A stretch of DNA of 64,000 nucleotides, from contig JABWCG010000001.1 of NCBI GenBank assembly GCA_013359225.1, positions 134,410-198,409 on the forward strand, given 5' to 3'. The stretch comes from Candidatus Buchananbacteria bacterium (lineage in GTDB: Bacteria > Patescibacteriota > Patescibacteriia > Buchananbacterales > UBA6539). Shown here in pieces: positions 9,299-18,859 of the stretch (the first letter of the stretch is position 1; each line of letters starts with the position of its first letter). A program made the position numbers and the translations under genes. Below the pieces are notes generated by a model. The model had not been told where the DNA came from, searched no databases, and worked only from the letters and a program-made list of their open reading frames with translations.

Positions 9299-10867
9299 AT
9301 GAAAAAGCAATTTCCTATTTTTTTAATAGTTGCCGCGTTGGTGGCTTTAGTTGGCTATTTCTGGCTGGTTCGGCCGCTTGGCGCTGATTTGAATATAGGC
9401 CCGCGGTTTGATTGGCCGGATGAAACAGCTAATTATTTCTGGTCAAAAAGTTATAGCCAGACCGGAGAATTAACATTGGCTGAGCCAATGAACATTGCCG
9501 CACATAACCAGATTCATCCTCGCAGCTTTAACGTTCGAACTGACGGTTCGCTGGTGCCCGGAAGCTTTTTAGGGTTAATTCTCCTGTACGGTACATTGGC
9601 CAAAGTTTTTAGTTTGAGCTCGTTAATCTATTTTACCCCGATTTTTTCGGTGTTGGCGGTCTTGGCTTTCTATGGGATTGTTAAGCGAATTTTTAATGAA
9701 CGAATTGCTTTGATTTCAGCGCTGTTAATGTTGTTTCACCCGGCCTGGTGGTATTACTCGGTGACGTCAATGCTGCCAAATGTGGCCTTTGTCGCTTTTT
9801 TAATTTTTAGCATTTATTTTGTTTTAAAAAACCATCACCCAAAATTAGTTGATGTTTTATTGGGTGGATTTTTCTTGGGGATCAGTCTTTCAATTAGGCC
9901 ATCGGAAATTATCTGGGTTGGCTTTATATATTTAGTTTTGCTCGCTTATCGGCGTGACAATCTGCGGGCAAAAAATATTATTCTACTGCTAGTAATAACG
10001 GCCGCAGTTATGGCTCCGGCTATCTATCAGCAAAAAGTCATTTATGGTGATTATTTGGCGTCCGGTTATAATCAGCTTGATGAAATAACGCCGTCCTGCC
10101 AGACCTGCCAGATTGTGAAATCAGTTATTGCACCGTTTGGTTTTCATCCGCAATTGATGGCAGTAAATTTCTGGACCCACTTTATCAGTCGTTTTTGGTG
10201 GTGGTCACTTCTCGCCATTTTGGGCCTAATTGCCTTTTTATTCCAAACCAGCAAGCAGCGAATAGAAGTTTTCTTTTACATGTTGATTTCAATGTTTGTT
10301 TTTGCTTGGCTGGGAATTTATTACGGCAGCTGGCAGTTTACTGATCTATTGACGGTTCATCTTAATACGTTAGGTCTTTCTTATGTCCGGTACTGGTTGC
10401 CGTTATACATCTTGGTTTTGCCGTTTGTTGCTATTGGTTTGACTTGGCTGACGAACTTTTTCAAAAATCGGGTGAAAGTTTTAGCATTGGCTGTTTTGAT
10501 TGGTGCGTTATTGTATCAGTCGGCCGATTTAGTCTTGGTCAAGAAGCCTGATAGTATTTTACCGGTTAAGGAACGGATTTTAGATTATCGTAAGACTGCG
10601 GCTAGGGTTTTTGATGTAGTCCCCGAAGATGCGGTAATCGTCACAGTCCGCAAAGATAAGGTGTTTTTTCCCGACCGGCGGGTAATTCATACTTTTGACG
10701 CTTTGTCGGTCAATCAAGAGTTACTTGGCATTTTGCCGGATCTAGTTAGCCAAGTGCCGGTTTATTATTATGCTTTAGGTCCTGAGCCAGAAGTAGAATT
10801 TAGTAATGGATTGAAACTTGAGACGGTTGAAACTATTGGTCAAGAGATTTTATATCAAGTCAAATGA
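9299..10867 (+). CDS. GT-C glycosyltransferase (PMT_2/ArnT-like)
   Basis: DWPDETANY acidic motif after TM1, multiple TMs, IRPSE, RYWLP. Confidence 0.78.
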   Translation: MKKQFPIFLIVAALVALVGYFWLVRPLGADLNIGPRFDWPDETANYFWSKSYSQTGELTLAEPMNIAAHNQIHPRSFNVRTDGSLVPGSFLGLILLYGTLAKVFSLSSLIYFTPIFSVLAVLAFYGIVKRIFNERIALISALLMLFHPAWWYYSVTSMLPNVAFVAFLIFSIYFVLKNHHPKLVDVLLGGFFLGISLSIRPSEIIWVGFIYLVLLAYRRDNLRAKNIILLLVITAAVMAPAIYQQKVIYGDYLASGYNQLDEITPSCQTCQIVKSVIAPFGFHPQLMAVNFWTHFISRFWWWSLLAILGLIAFLFQTSKQRIEVFFYMLISMFVFAWLGIYYGSWQFTDLLTVHLNTLGLSYVRYWLPLYILVLPFVAIGLTWLTNFFKNRVKVLALAVLIGALLYQSADLVLVKKPDSILPVKERILDYRKTAARVFDVVPEDAVIVTVRKDKVFFPDRRVIHTFDALSVNQELLGILPDLVSQVPVYYYALGPEPEVEFSNGLKLETVETIGQEILYQVK

Positions 10868-11373
10868 GTAAATTTACGCTACGTATTTTGAATATCTGTT
10901 TAGTCTTGGGCGGGCTTAGTCTTGGGCTGTGGTTGGCAAATGTTAATATTCCTTATTACGGGAGCTTGATTATCAAACTTGATCAGGTTAAAGATCAGCC
11001 GATGCTTTCGCGGTTAGGTCCGGACGTGCGAATTTCGTTTAATAGTGACTCTTTTGATATTTTAGAAAGCCCAGTCTATTTTGATCTGCGTTCAATGCCG
11101 TGGTTTAGCAAGGCGTTGGTATATTTAACATTTCGATCAAAGGGTGATGACTTAGAGGGTGTAGCGCCACAGGTTGGACCAGACTGGCAATATCACCTTC
11201 AGCCGCCGGTGACTGTCATTGATTTGGAAAATGATTGGCACAAGGCAGTGTTTGAATTTGATTTGCGGAAGGTGTATCAAGAAAAAAATATCCGCCGGTT
11301 TTTGGTCTCGACCATTCATCAACCAGGAGGTAGTCTGGAAGTTTCGGACTTAACGATTATTTTGCAGCAATGA
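10864..11373 (+). CDS. Membrane-anchored hypothetical protein
   Basis: N-terminal TM then a beta-rich soluble domain; ATGA overlap with the upstream gene. Confidence 0.65.
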   Translation: MSKFTLRILNICLVLGGLSLGLWLANVNIPYYGSLIIKLDQVKDQPMLSRLGPDVRISFNSDSFDILESPVYFDLRSMPWFSKALVYLTFRSKGDDLEGVAPQVGPDWQYHLQPPVTVIDLENDWHKAVFEFDLRKVYQEKNIRRFLVSTIHQPGGSLEVSDLTIILQQ

Positions 11374-11564
11374 AATTTCTTAAGATCAAAAACAAAAATG
11401 TCCAAGCAGCACTGAATTCAGTTTTTAGGTTTAGTACAATTTTATTTGTAATTATTTTAATACTGGAATATCTTTTGCCAGGGTTTGTGACTAATTGGTT
11501 TAACCCAATTTGGTTCTTGCTTATCTCAATAATTAGCGTTATGATGCTAAAAATTAACGATTAA
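11370..11564 (+). CDS. Small 2-TM hypothetical protein
   Basis: ATGA overlap; two hydrophobic segments around LEYLLPGFV. Confidence 0.6.
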   Translation: MKFLKIKNKNVQAALNSVFRFSTILFVIILILEYLLPGFVTNWFNPIWFLLISIISVMMLKIND

Positions 11565-11575
11565 TTTCTACAACG

Positions 11576-12025
11576 ATGATTGATGGTGTTATTATCAATA
11601 AACTGGAGAAATATAATGACAATCGCGGCTGGTTGGCTGAGTTTTTTCGCAATGATTTGGTTGATTTTGATCCGGCGATGGGATATGTTTCGGAAACAAA
11701 ACCGGGCGTTGCTCGCGGCCCACATGAGCATGTTCACCAGTCTGATTTTTTTGTTTTTTTGATCGGCAAATTTCGGCTTTATTTATGGGATAACCGCGTG
11801 GGCGCGAAAAATTATCGCATATTAGAAACCTATGATCTAGGCGAAGAAAACGCCGCCGGAGTAATTATTCCGCCAGGGGTGGTGCATGCGTATAAATGTA
11901 TTTCCGACACGCCGGGGCTAGTCATTAATTTGCCGGATAAGTTGTATCGGGGGAAAAATAAATCAGAAGAAGTTGACGAAATTCGTTGGGAGGACGATAA
12001 GAGTTCGCCGTTTATTGTTGGTTAA
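11576..12025 (+). CDS. rmlC: dTDP-4-dehydrorhamnose 3,5-epimerase family (short cupin)
   Basis: DNRGWLAE, PGVARGPHEH, IPPGVVHAY. Confidence 0.8.
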   Translation: MIDGVIINKLEKYNDNRGWLAEFFRNDLVDFDPAMGYVSETKPGVARGPHEHVHQSDFFVFLIGKFRLYLWDNRVGAKNYRILETYDLGEENAAGVIIPPGVVHAYKCISDTPGLVINLPDKLYRGKNKSEEVDEIRWEDDKSSPFIVG

Positions 12026-12061
12026 AAAAGAGTCCGTCAATAAAAATCTTTTGGTAAAAAT

Positions 12062-13732
12062 ATGGAATTTTTTATGCCAGCCGGCCTATGGCAATTGGCA
12101 GTACTGCAGCTGCTTTTTTATTTGTTTATCGCTGCGGGAGCAGGCCTTTATCTATTTTTTAGAAAACCGATTATCTTTGTCGGTTTGCTAGCGTTATTCT
12201 CCAGCCTGGCTTTTTCGGTTATCTCTTTTAAGGCGGTGGTGCCGTGGTGGGGGTTAACGGGTGATGAGGTATTTATTTTTGCGTTTTTGCAGAAAGTTAT
12301 TGCGGGAAATTTTTTCGCAGATTTTTTTTATTCGGCACTGCCGCCGTTTTATCCGCCGTTATATTTTTGGGTCGTTGGCGGTGTGGGTAATCTTTTTGGT
12401 TTGACTGCCGTGCAGTCTGGAAACTTGGGAGTGGCGTTGATGTTATTGGCAACGCCGCTGATAATTTATTTTTGGCAAGTTATTCGGGGCGAACAAAATC
12501 ATTCATTGTTAGTGCTATTGCCGGCATTGATGTATGTGGTTAGTAGTTGGTCGGCGGTTATCGTCAAACCGTATGAATTTTTTTCAGCCGTACTGCTGGT
12601 TGTTTGGACTATCTTTTTAGCTCAGGACATCTATTATAAAAGACTTGGTTTCAAAAGCCTGATTTTTTATGGCGGTTTTGGCGGACTTTTGTTTTTAACT
12701 TTTTATTTTTGGTTTTTAGTTTTATTGATAGCGTTAGCCATATTAAAGCTAATGATTGAAACTGATTTTTTATACTACTTTAAAAAATGGTTTTTAGTTG
12801 GAGTAATAATAGCCGTAACAAGTTTGCCGTTTACTTTGCCGCTGGCTATGTCTTATGTTCGTTTTGGTGCGGAAAATTGGCAGGCGGCCTGGTTTATCGA
12901 AGAGTATCTTGACTTATATCTGCCATTTTTTGATTTTTCTATTTTTGGAGCAGTGGCTCTGGTGGGATTAATTTCTTTATTCTTGTTGCGGCAAAAAATT
13001 GAAATTAAGGTTTTAGGAAGTATATTATTGGCATGCTACACTTGGCAGGCAATTAGTTTATATACTATTTATTTTTGGGACGCTCCCTTTTTACCGGCTA
13101 AACCATTTTTATTTTTAGGTGGTGCCACATTATCAGCCGCGGCCGCCTTTGGGTTGACTGAGCTGATTGCCAAGGTAAAAAATAATAGATTGAAATTTGG
13201 ATTAGTCAGTCTAAGTCTGGTTTTGTTTTCCTCGCAGTTAATTTTTGGCCCGATGATTTCTTCGGAGATTAAATACCACCTAAATCTCACTAGAAATCCG
13301 TTGCGTGAGGAATTTATGAATCTAAAGGGCAATCTCGAAAAGATTAGTGATTTAGATAATTTGACGGTGCTTTCTAGTGGAGTCCCGGAAATGTCTGCAT
13401 TTGTGCCGCTCGATTACTATGTTAGTCATAACATCCATTTTTCTCACCCGGCCGCGCATTTTTCAGACCGCTTTTATTTTGTCCGAAACTTATCTGAAGC
13501 GTCTGACGCCAAAGATTTCTTTGAGCGCTTAAAAACTTCGCCGTGGTCCAAGATTGATGCGCTGTTGTTATTGAAGGGTCCGGGGTATTATCCTATCAAT
13601 TTTTATCTTGATAACTATCCGTTAGGCGGCACTGAGGTTGAAGTTCGTTTTCCGCACCGCTTGATTGATGAGCGATATTTTGTTACAGTTTTTGAAGACA
13701 AGCAGTTTGTCTTTTTAAGGCTTAAAGACTAA
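12062..13732 (+). CDS. AftA-like (arabinofuranosyltransferase-type) GT-C membrane glycosyltransferase
   Basis: GLTGDEVF..DFFYSALPPFYPPLYFWVVG and HFSHPAAHFSDR..SPW resemble actinobacterial AftA N- and C-terminal motifs as I recall them. Confidence 0.7.
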   Translation: MEFFMPAGLWQLAVLQLLFYLFIAAGAGLYLFFRKPIIFVGLLALFSSLAFSVISFKAVVPWWGLTGDEVFIFAFLQKVIAGNFFADFFYSALPPFYPPLYFWVVGGVGNLFGLTAVQSGNLGVALMLLATPLIIYFWQVIRGEQNHSLLVLLPALMYVVSSWSAVIVKPYEFFSAVLLVVWTIFLAQDIYYKRLGFKSLIFYGGFGGLLFLTFYFWFLVLLIALAILKLMIETDFLYYFKKWFLVGVIIAVTSLPFTLPLAMSYVRFGAENWQAAWFIEEYLDLYLPFFDFSIFGAVALVGLISLFLLRQKIEIKVLGSILLACYTWQAISLYTIYFWDAPFLPAKPFLFLGGATLSAAAAFGLTELIAKVKNNRLKFGLVSLSLVLFSSQLIFGPMISSEIKYHLNLTRNPLREEFMNLKGNLEKISDLDNLTVLSSGVPEMSAFVPLDYYVSHNIHFSHPAAHFSDRFYFVRNLSEASDAKDFFERLKTSPWSKIDALLLLKGPGYYPINFYLDNYPLGGTEVEVRFPHRLIDERYFVTVFEDKQFVFLRLKD

Positions 13733-13737
13733 ATATT

Positions 13738-14136
13738 ATGCCTCAAGATTGTATTTTTTGTAAGATTGCCGTTGGTGATATACCGAGTGCTACAATCTAC
13801 GAAGATGACAAAATAAAAGTTTTTTTAGATATCAATCCGGTGACTAAGGGGCATAGTTTAATTATTCCTAAAGCCCATTACCAGATGATGGCTGACACGC
13901 CGTCTGATTTATTGGCACATGTATTCAGCAAGGCTCAGGAGTTAATGGTGGTGATAAAAGAAGCGCTTGAGGCCGACTTCGTCGCGTTGTCGGTGGTTGG
14001 CGTAGACGTACCTCATTTTCACGTTCATTTGATTCCACGACGTCACGATGACGGATTAAGTAATTGGTGGCCAACCGGGAAGTATGACAAGGGCGAAATG
14101 GAGCAATATGTTCAAAAAATTAAACAAGCATTTTAA
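13738..14136 (+). CDS. HIT-family nucleotide hydrolase
   Basis: DCIFCKI, FLDINP, GHSLIIPK, HFHVHLIPR histidine triad. Confidence 0.93.
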   Translation: MPQDCIFCKIAVGDIPSATIYEDDKIKVFLDINPVTKGHSLIIPKAHYQMMADTPSDLLAHVFSKAQELMVVIKEALEADFVALSVVGVDVPHFHVHLIPRRHDDGLSNWWPTGKYDKGEMEQYVQKIKQAF

Positions 14137-14139
14137 GAT

Positions 14140-15150
14140 ATGAAACTATTAGTAACCGGCGGCGCCGGTTTTATCGGCTCCAATTTTATTCGGTATTGGC
14201 TAATGACTCATCCACATGATGAGGTGGTTAATTTGGATAAATTAACTTATGCCGGCAATCTGGAAAATTTGAAAGGTTTTGAAGGTAAACCAAATTACCG
14301 CTTTGTCTTGGGTGATATTACAAACATTGATGTCGTTGGAACCTTGGTGAAAGAGTGTGATTTGATTGTCCATTTTGCGGCTGAAAGCCATGTTGACCGC
14401 TCTATTGCTGACGCTGGTGAATTTATTCGTACCAATGTTGTTGGCACGCAGATTTTGCTGCAGGCGGCAAAAGATCATGACAAGCGTTTTCATCATATTT
14501 CAACCGATGAAGTATATGGGGCGCTCAGTCTGGACGCCCAAGAAAAATTTAATGAACAGTCGCCCTATAATCCGCGCAATCCGTATTCGGCGTCAAAGGC
14601 CGGGTCTGACCACTTAGTGCGGGCATTTTACTATACGCATAAGTTGGACGTGACAATCAGTAACTGTGCTAATAATTACGGACCGTACCAATTTCCGGAG
14701 AAGTTTATTCCGCTGGCCATTACTAATCTGCTCGAAGGTAAAAAGGTCCCGGTCTATGGTGACGGTTTATATGTCCGTGATTGGCTGTATGTTGATGATC
14801 ATTGCCGGGCAATTGATTTGATTTTGCAAAAAGGCGAGATCGGTCAAACGTATTCGATCGGCGGCTTGACTAGTGGCATTAGTAATCTTGAAGTCGTTAA
14901 AAAAATTATTGCCCTGCTTGGAAAATCAGAAGACGCTATCGAGTTTGTGCAGGACCGCCCTGGTCATGACCGGCGTTATGAAATTGACTGGTCAAAAGCT
15001 AAACAAAAACTTGGTTACAAGCCGCAGTATGATTTTGACACCTATTTAGCAAAGACGGTGGAATGGTACCGTCAAAACGAAGGCTGGTGGAAAAAGATAA
15101 AATCCGGCGAGTATCGGGAATACTATAAAAAACAGTACGAAAGGGCGTAG
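14140..15150 (+). CDS. rfbB: dTDP-glucose 4,6-dehydratase
   Basis: TGGAGFIGSNF, DKLTYAG, HFAAESHVDRS, STDEVYG, PYSASKA, DRPGHDRRY. Confidence 0.97.
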   Translation: MKLLVTGGAGFIGSNFIRYWLMTHPHDEVVNLDKLTYAGNLENLKGFEGKPNYRFVLGDITNIDVVGTLVKECDLIVHFAAESHVDRSIADAGEFIRTNVVGTQILLQAAKDHDKRFHHISTDEVYGALSLDAQEKFNEQSPYNPRNPYSASKAGSDHLVRAFYYTHKLDVTISNCANNYGPYQFPEKFIPLAITNLLEGKKVPVYGDGLYVRDWLYVDDHCRAIDLILQKGEIGQTYSIGGLTSGISNLEVVKKIIALLGKSEDAIEFVQDRPGHDRRYEIDWSKAKQKLGYKPQYDFDTYLAKTVEWYRQNEGWWKKIKSGEYREYYKKQYERA

Positions 15151-15156
15151 TTGTTG

Positions 15157-15849
15157 ATGACCAGTGATCGAATTGCAAAAAGAATATATGTTTCGGTGGT
15201 GACGTTTTTAGGCGACTGGCGCCAGATGATTAGCGATGTCAATAAATTTAAGCTGAAAGAAATTTCGCTTTTTTTGACCGGTATTGGCTACCGTGAACGC
15301 CAAGAACTCTACCAACTGCTGGCACAATCAACTGTCAGGCGGATTCCGCACGTTCATGCCCGACACGACATGAAAGAGTCAGAACTTGATTATTTAGTTA
15401 AACGATATGGCGTTAAGGCATTTACGATCCACTTTCAATTTTTAAAACATTTTAAAAATTCAAAACATAAGAAGATTTTTTTTGTTGAGACGAATGACGG
15501 CAAGCACCGCATTAAAAGTTTAGCGGCTTTGAAGCAGGTTGGGGGAGTGTGTGTTGATTTATCACACGTTAAGCAGTTTGAAATTTCTGGCAATCCGGAA
15601 CTTGAAGTCGCAAAGCAGGCGATTAAAAAATACAAAGTTGGATGTAATCATTTAAGTGCGGTATTGCCAAACGGTAAAAGTAAACACACCGCCGCCGGGA
15701 TTAGCCAATTAAACTATGTTACGTCGCTGCCAAAAAGTTATTTTTCTTCTTATATCAATATTGAGTTAGCAAATTCAATCCCGCAGCAGCTAAGGTTTAA
15801 AAAACACCTAGTAATGATTTTGACAAAACAATGGAACAAAAAATTTTAA
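15157..15849 (+). CDS. Hypothetical basic protein, possible AP-endonuclease-2/xylose-isomerase-like TIM barrel
   Basis: FVET, CVDLSH, NHLSA, NIE spaced like metal ligands of that fold; in-frame TTG at 15151 is an alternative start. Confidence 0.55.
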   Translation: MTSDRIAKRIYVSVVTFLGDWRQMISDVNKFKLKEISLFLTGIGYRERQELYQLLAQSTVRRIPHVHARHDMKESELDYLVKRYGVKAFTIHFQFLKHFKNSKHKKIFFVETNDGKHRIKSLAALKQVGGVCVDLSHVKQFEISGNPELEVAKQAIKKYKVGCNHLSAVLPNGKSKHTAAGISQLNYVTSLPKSYFSSYINIELANSIPQQLRFKKHLVMILTKQWNKKF

Positions 15850-16673
15850 TTTTAGGCGCCAATGGCATGCTTGGCCATGACTTGGCCGAAGTTTTTAGCA
15901 ATCAAAAACCAACACTGTGGGATCAGTCTGATTTAGATATCACTGATGAAGCGGCAGTTCAAAAAAAACTTAGCGCTTTTTCGCCAACAATTGTTATTAA
16001 CGCTGCGGCCTATACTAATGTTGATGGTGCAGAAACTGATTCAGAACTTGCCTTTAAAGTTAACGCTGATGGTGTTGGCTACTTAGCGAAAACTTGCCAG
16101 AAATTGTCGGCCATTTTGGTTCATTTTAGTACGGAGTATGTCTTTGACGGTGAAAATAGTAACGGTTATAAAGAAGATGATCAAGCTAATCCGCTAAACA
16201 TTTATGGGCAGTCAAAGGCTAAGGGTGAAGCGCTCGTCAGGCAATATTGCGAGATGCATTACATTATCCGTAGCAGTTGGCTGTATGGTAAATTTCCCCA
16301 GGTCGGTAAGCCGCGAGGCTTGAATTTTGTGGAAACTATGCTAAAATTAGCCCGTGAAGGACGGGATTTGAATGTTGTTAACGATCAGTTCGGCAAACCG
16401 ACATATACATTAGATTTAGCGCAACAGACTAAAGAGATTGTCCTTGGCCAAAAATCGTGCGGCACGTATCATGTTGTTAATGAGGGTGTTTGTACCTGGT
16501 ATGAATTTGCCCGAACAATTTTTGAATTTAGCAAGTTAGATGTCAAGTTAAATCCGATTACTTCCCAGGAATATCAGCTACCAACCCCGCGGCCGAAATA
16601 TTCGGTGTTGTTAAACACAAAGCTGGAGCCGTTGCGCAGCTGGCAGGAAGCATTAAAAGATTATTTACAATAA
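15831..16673 (+). CDS. rfbD: dTDP-4-dehydrorhamnose reductase
   Basis: GANGMLG, NAAAYTNVD, STEYVFDG, YGQSKAKGE, DQFGKPT, RPKYS. Confidence 0.95.
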   Translation: MEQKILILGANGMLGHDLAEVFSNQKPTLWDQSDLDITDEAAVQKKLSAFSPTIVINAAAYTNVDGAETDSELAFKVNADGVGYLAKTCQKLSAILVHFSTEYVFDGENSNGYKEDDQANPLNIYGQSKAKGEALVRQYCEMHYIIRSSWLYGKFPQVGKPRGLNFVETMLKLAREGRDLNVVNDQFGKPTYTLDLAQQTKEIVLGQKSCGTYHVVNEGVCTWYEFARTIFEFSKLDVKLNPITSQEYQLPTPRPKYSVLLNTKLEPLRSWQEALKDYLQ

Positions 16674-16676
16674 CTT

Positions 16677-17393
16677 ATGAAGGGAATAATTTTAGCTGGT
16701 GGAACTGGTTCACGCCTGGATCCACTCACCAGAGTAACCAACAAACATTTATTGCCGGTTTATGATCGGCCGATGATTTATTATCCAATTCAGACGTTGG
16801 TTAATGCCGGTATTAAAGATATTATGATTGTCTCGGGCAAAGGGCATGCTGGACAATTTTTAGAGCTACTTAAATCCGGCAAGGAGTTTGGGGCTAAATT
16901 TTCATATGCGGTTCAGGAAGAAGCCGGTGGCATTGCTCAGGCGTTAAGCCTTTGTGAAGATTTCGCGGATAACGAAAAAATTGTCGTAATGCTTGGCGAT
17001 AATATTTTGGAAGATGACATTACTAACGCCATTGAAAGTTTTAAATCGCAATCGTCTGGTGCCAAGATTTTTTTGAAAGAAGTCGTTAATCCAAAATCGT
17101 TTGGCGTTGCTGAAATTAGCGGAGATAAGATTAAAAGCATTGAAGAAAAGCCAAAGCAGCCGAAAACTAATTTTGCCGTAGTGGGTGTATATCTGTATGA
17201 TGCCCAGGTGTGGGGAGCGGTGAAAAAATTAAAACCCTCCGGTCGCGGAGAGCTCGAAATCACCGATGTAAACAATTTTTACGTTAGTAAGGGTGAAATG
17301 ACCTTTGAAATTCTTCAAGGTTGGTGGGGTGACGGCGGTGAATCATTTGACAGTCTGCTGCAGGCGGCGAATCTGGCGGCGGCTAAAAAGTAA
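16677..17393 (+). CDS. rfbA: Glucose-1-phosphate thymidylyltransferase (short SpsI/RmlA type)
   Basis: GIILAGGTGSRL, NKHLLPVY, LGDN, EEKP, SGRGELEITD. Confidence 0.88.
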   Translation: MKGIILAGGTGSRLDPLTRVTNKHLLPVYDRPMIYYPIQTLVNAGIKDIMIVSGKGHAGQFLELLKSGKEFGAKFSYAVQEEAGGIAQALSLCEDFADNEKIVVMLGDNILEDDITNAIESFKSQSSGAKIFLKEVVNPKSFGVAEISGDKIKSIEEKPKQPKTNFAVVGVYLYDAQVWGAVKKLKPSGRGELEITDVNNFYVSKGEMTFEILQGWWGDGGESFDSLLQAANLAAAKK

Positions 17394-18767
17394 CTATTGA
17401 ATTTCCAGGCGGTAAACGCCGCTTTGGTTGCCGATTTTTCCTTTGAAATAGAGATTATTTCCGCTGTTATCAATCGTCATTGAATCAATCGTTTCCAGAG
17501 AGGTTAACTCAATATTATTTTTTGTATCGTATTCTTTAGCTTCAATTATCCGGATGCTATTTTTTGTTTGGTAGATGATATAGTTGTGTTTAGGATACCA
17601 AAGTACTTGCTTGATTTCCTCGCCGAATCGGGTAATCAGATCTTTTTCCTTGGTTTTGGTATCAAAAATCCAGATTTCAAAATCGGTATAATATAAAATT
17701 TTTCCCAGTTCCACGGACCAGACGACTTGCTGGGCTTTATCTTGCAGGATGATGTCGTCGGCAATATCTGCAGTCGAGAATGAATCATCATTGATAATGA
17801 ACAGGTCGCCGGTTCGGTGGTCTTGCAGGGTCAAAAATCCCGTGACTGATTCTTTAAAGCTGAATTGTGACTGGTCGGGCAGCTTTATTTTTTCGGTTTC
17901 GCTAACCGTTTTATTTTCCAAAATATTTTTATTCAGGTAAGATTCCCGTCCAGTTTTGGTGATGTAGTAGAGGCTTTGGTTTCGCACCTGGATATCCTGG
18001 ATATTAGCGGATAATAGCGATGTTGTTGAATTATCAAATAAATCAATTTGGTATAATACTGATTTTCGCAAACCGTACAGATAGTTATCATTATTTTCAT
18101 CCCAGACAACATCGTCGAAATTTAAACGCGTAATATCGAATAAATCTTTAATTTTTAGGGTATCAGCGTCAATAATCAGATATTTATTAAAGTCACCGAC
18201 TGTTTGTCTGAACAGAGCCTTGTTTTGGCTCGGCGACCAACGGACAAATTCAAGGTTGTTATAGGTTTGGCGACCAAATGACTTAATCAAAAAATCGGTG
18301 CCGGTTTTGATGTTATAGAGTCTGAGCTCCTCGTCTTTTTCACTAAGTTTAGAGTAGATTATTTTCTCCTGGCTTGGCGCAGTTTTAAAAATATTGATAT
18401 CACCTTCAATTAAATTAATTGGTAGCGTTTTTTTAAACAAGACAATGTCTCGGCTGAATGTTGTCAGATTGCTTTGCACTCCCAGGTCTTGTTGCCAGGG
18501 GTAATACCCATCTTTAGTCACTTGAACAAAATAGGTGTCGGGCAGCAGGCGAGTGAAACGTTTGGGAGTTTTACCTTCATATTTACCGTTAATAAAAATG
18601 TCGGCGTTTTTGGGGAATGATTCCAGATAAAGAATTCCGGTTTTTTCAACGCGGCCTTTTTTGAAATTATAGCTATAGCCAGCAGCGTAGATAATAGTAA
18701 TTGAGGTAATAACAAAAAAGGCGATGATGAAAGTAATATATAGAATTCGGCGGTATTTAAGTTTCAT
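17394..18767 (-). CDS. PEGA-domain membrane-anchored protein with probable beta-propeller
   Basis: N-terminal TM, TGILYLESFPKNADIFING..Y.VQVTKDGYYPW (PEGA), repeated WSP/WDE/WSV/WYP blades. Confidence 0.75.
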   Translation of the reverse strand: MKLKYRRILYITFIIAFFVITSITIIYAAGYSYNFKKGRVEKTGILYLESFPKNADIFINGKYEGKTPKRFTRLLPDTYFVQVTKDGYYPWQQDLGVQSNLTTFSRDIVLFKKTLPINLIEGDINIFKTAPSQEKIIYSKLSEKDEELRLYNIKTGTDFLIKSFGRQTYNNLEFVRWSPSQNKALFRQTVGDFNKYLIIDADTLKIKDLFDITRLNFDDVVWDENNDNYLYGLRKSVLYQIDLFDNSTTSLLSANIQDIQVRNQSLYYITKTGRESYLNKNILENKTVSETEKIKLPDQSQFSFKESVTGFLTLQDHRTGDLFIINDDSFSTADIADDIILQDKAQQVVWSVELGKILYYTDFEIWIFDTKTKEKDLITRFGEEIKQVLWYPKHNYIIYQTKNSIRIIEAKEYDTKNNIELTSLETIDSMTIDNSGNNLYFKGKIGNQSGVYRLEIQ

Positions 18768-18859
18768 AATGGCGCTGCTTGAAAAAAAGTAACTAAAATA
18801 GTAGAATTATTAAGTCTAACGTTTAAATTTTACCAAATTTTAGACCGCTTAGCTACCCT

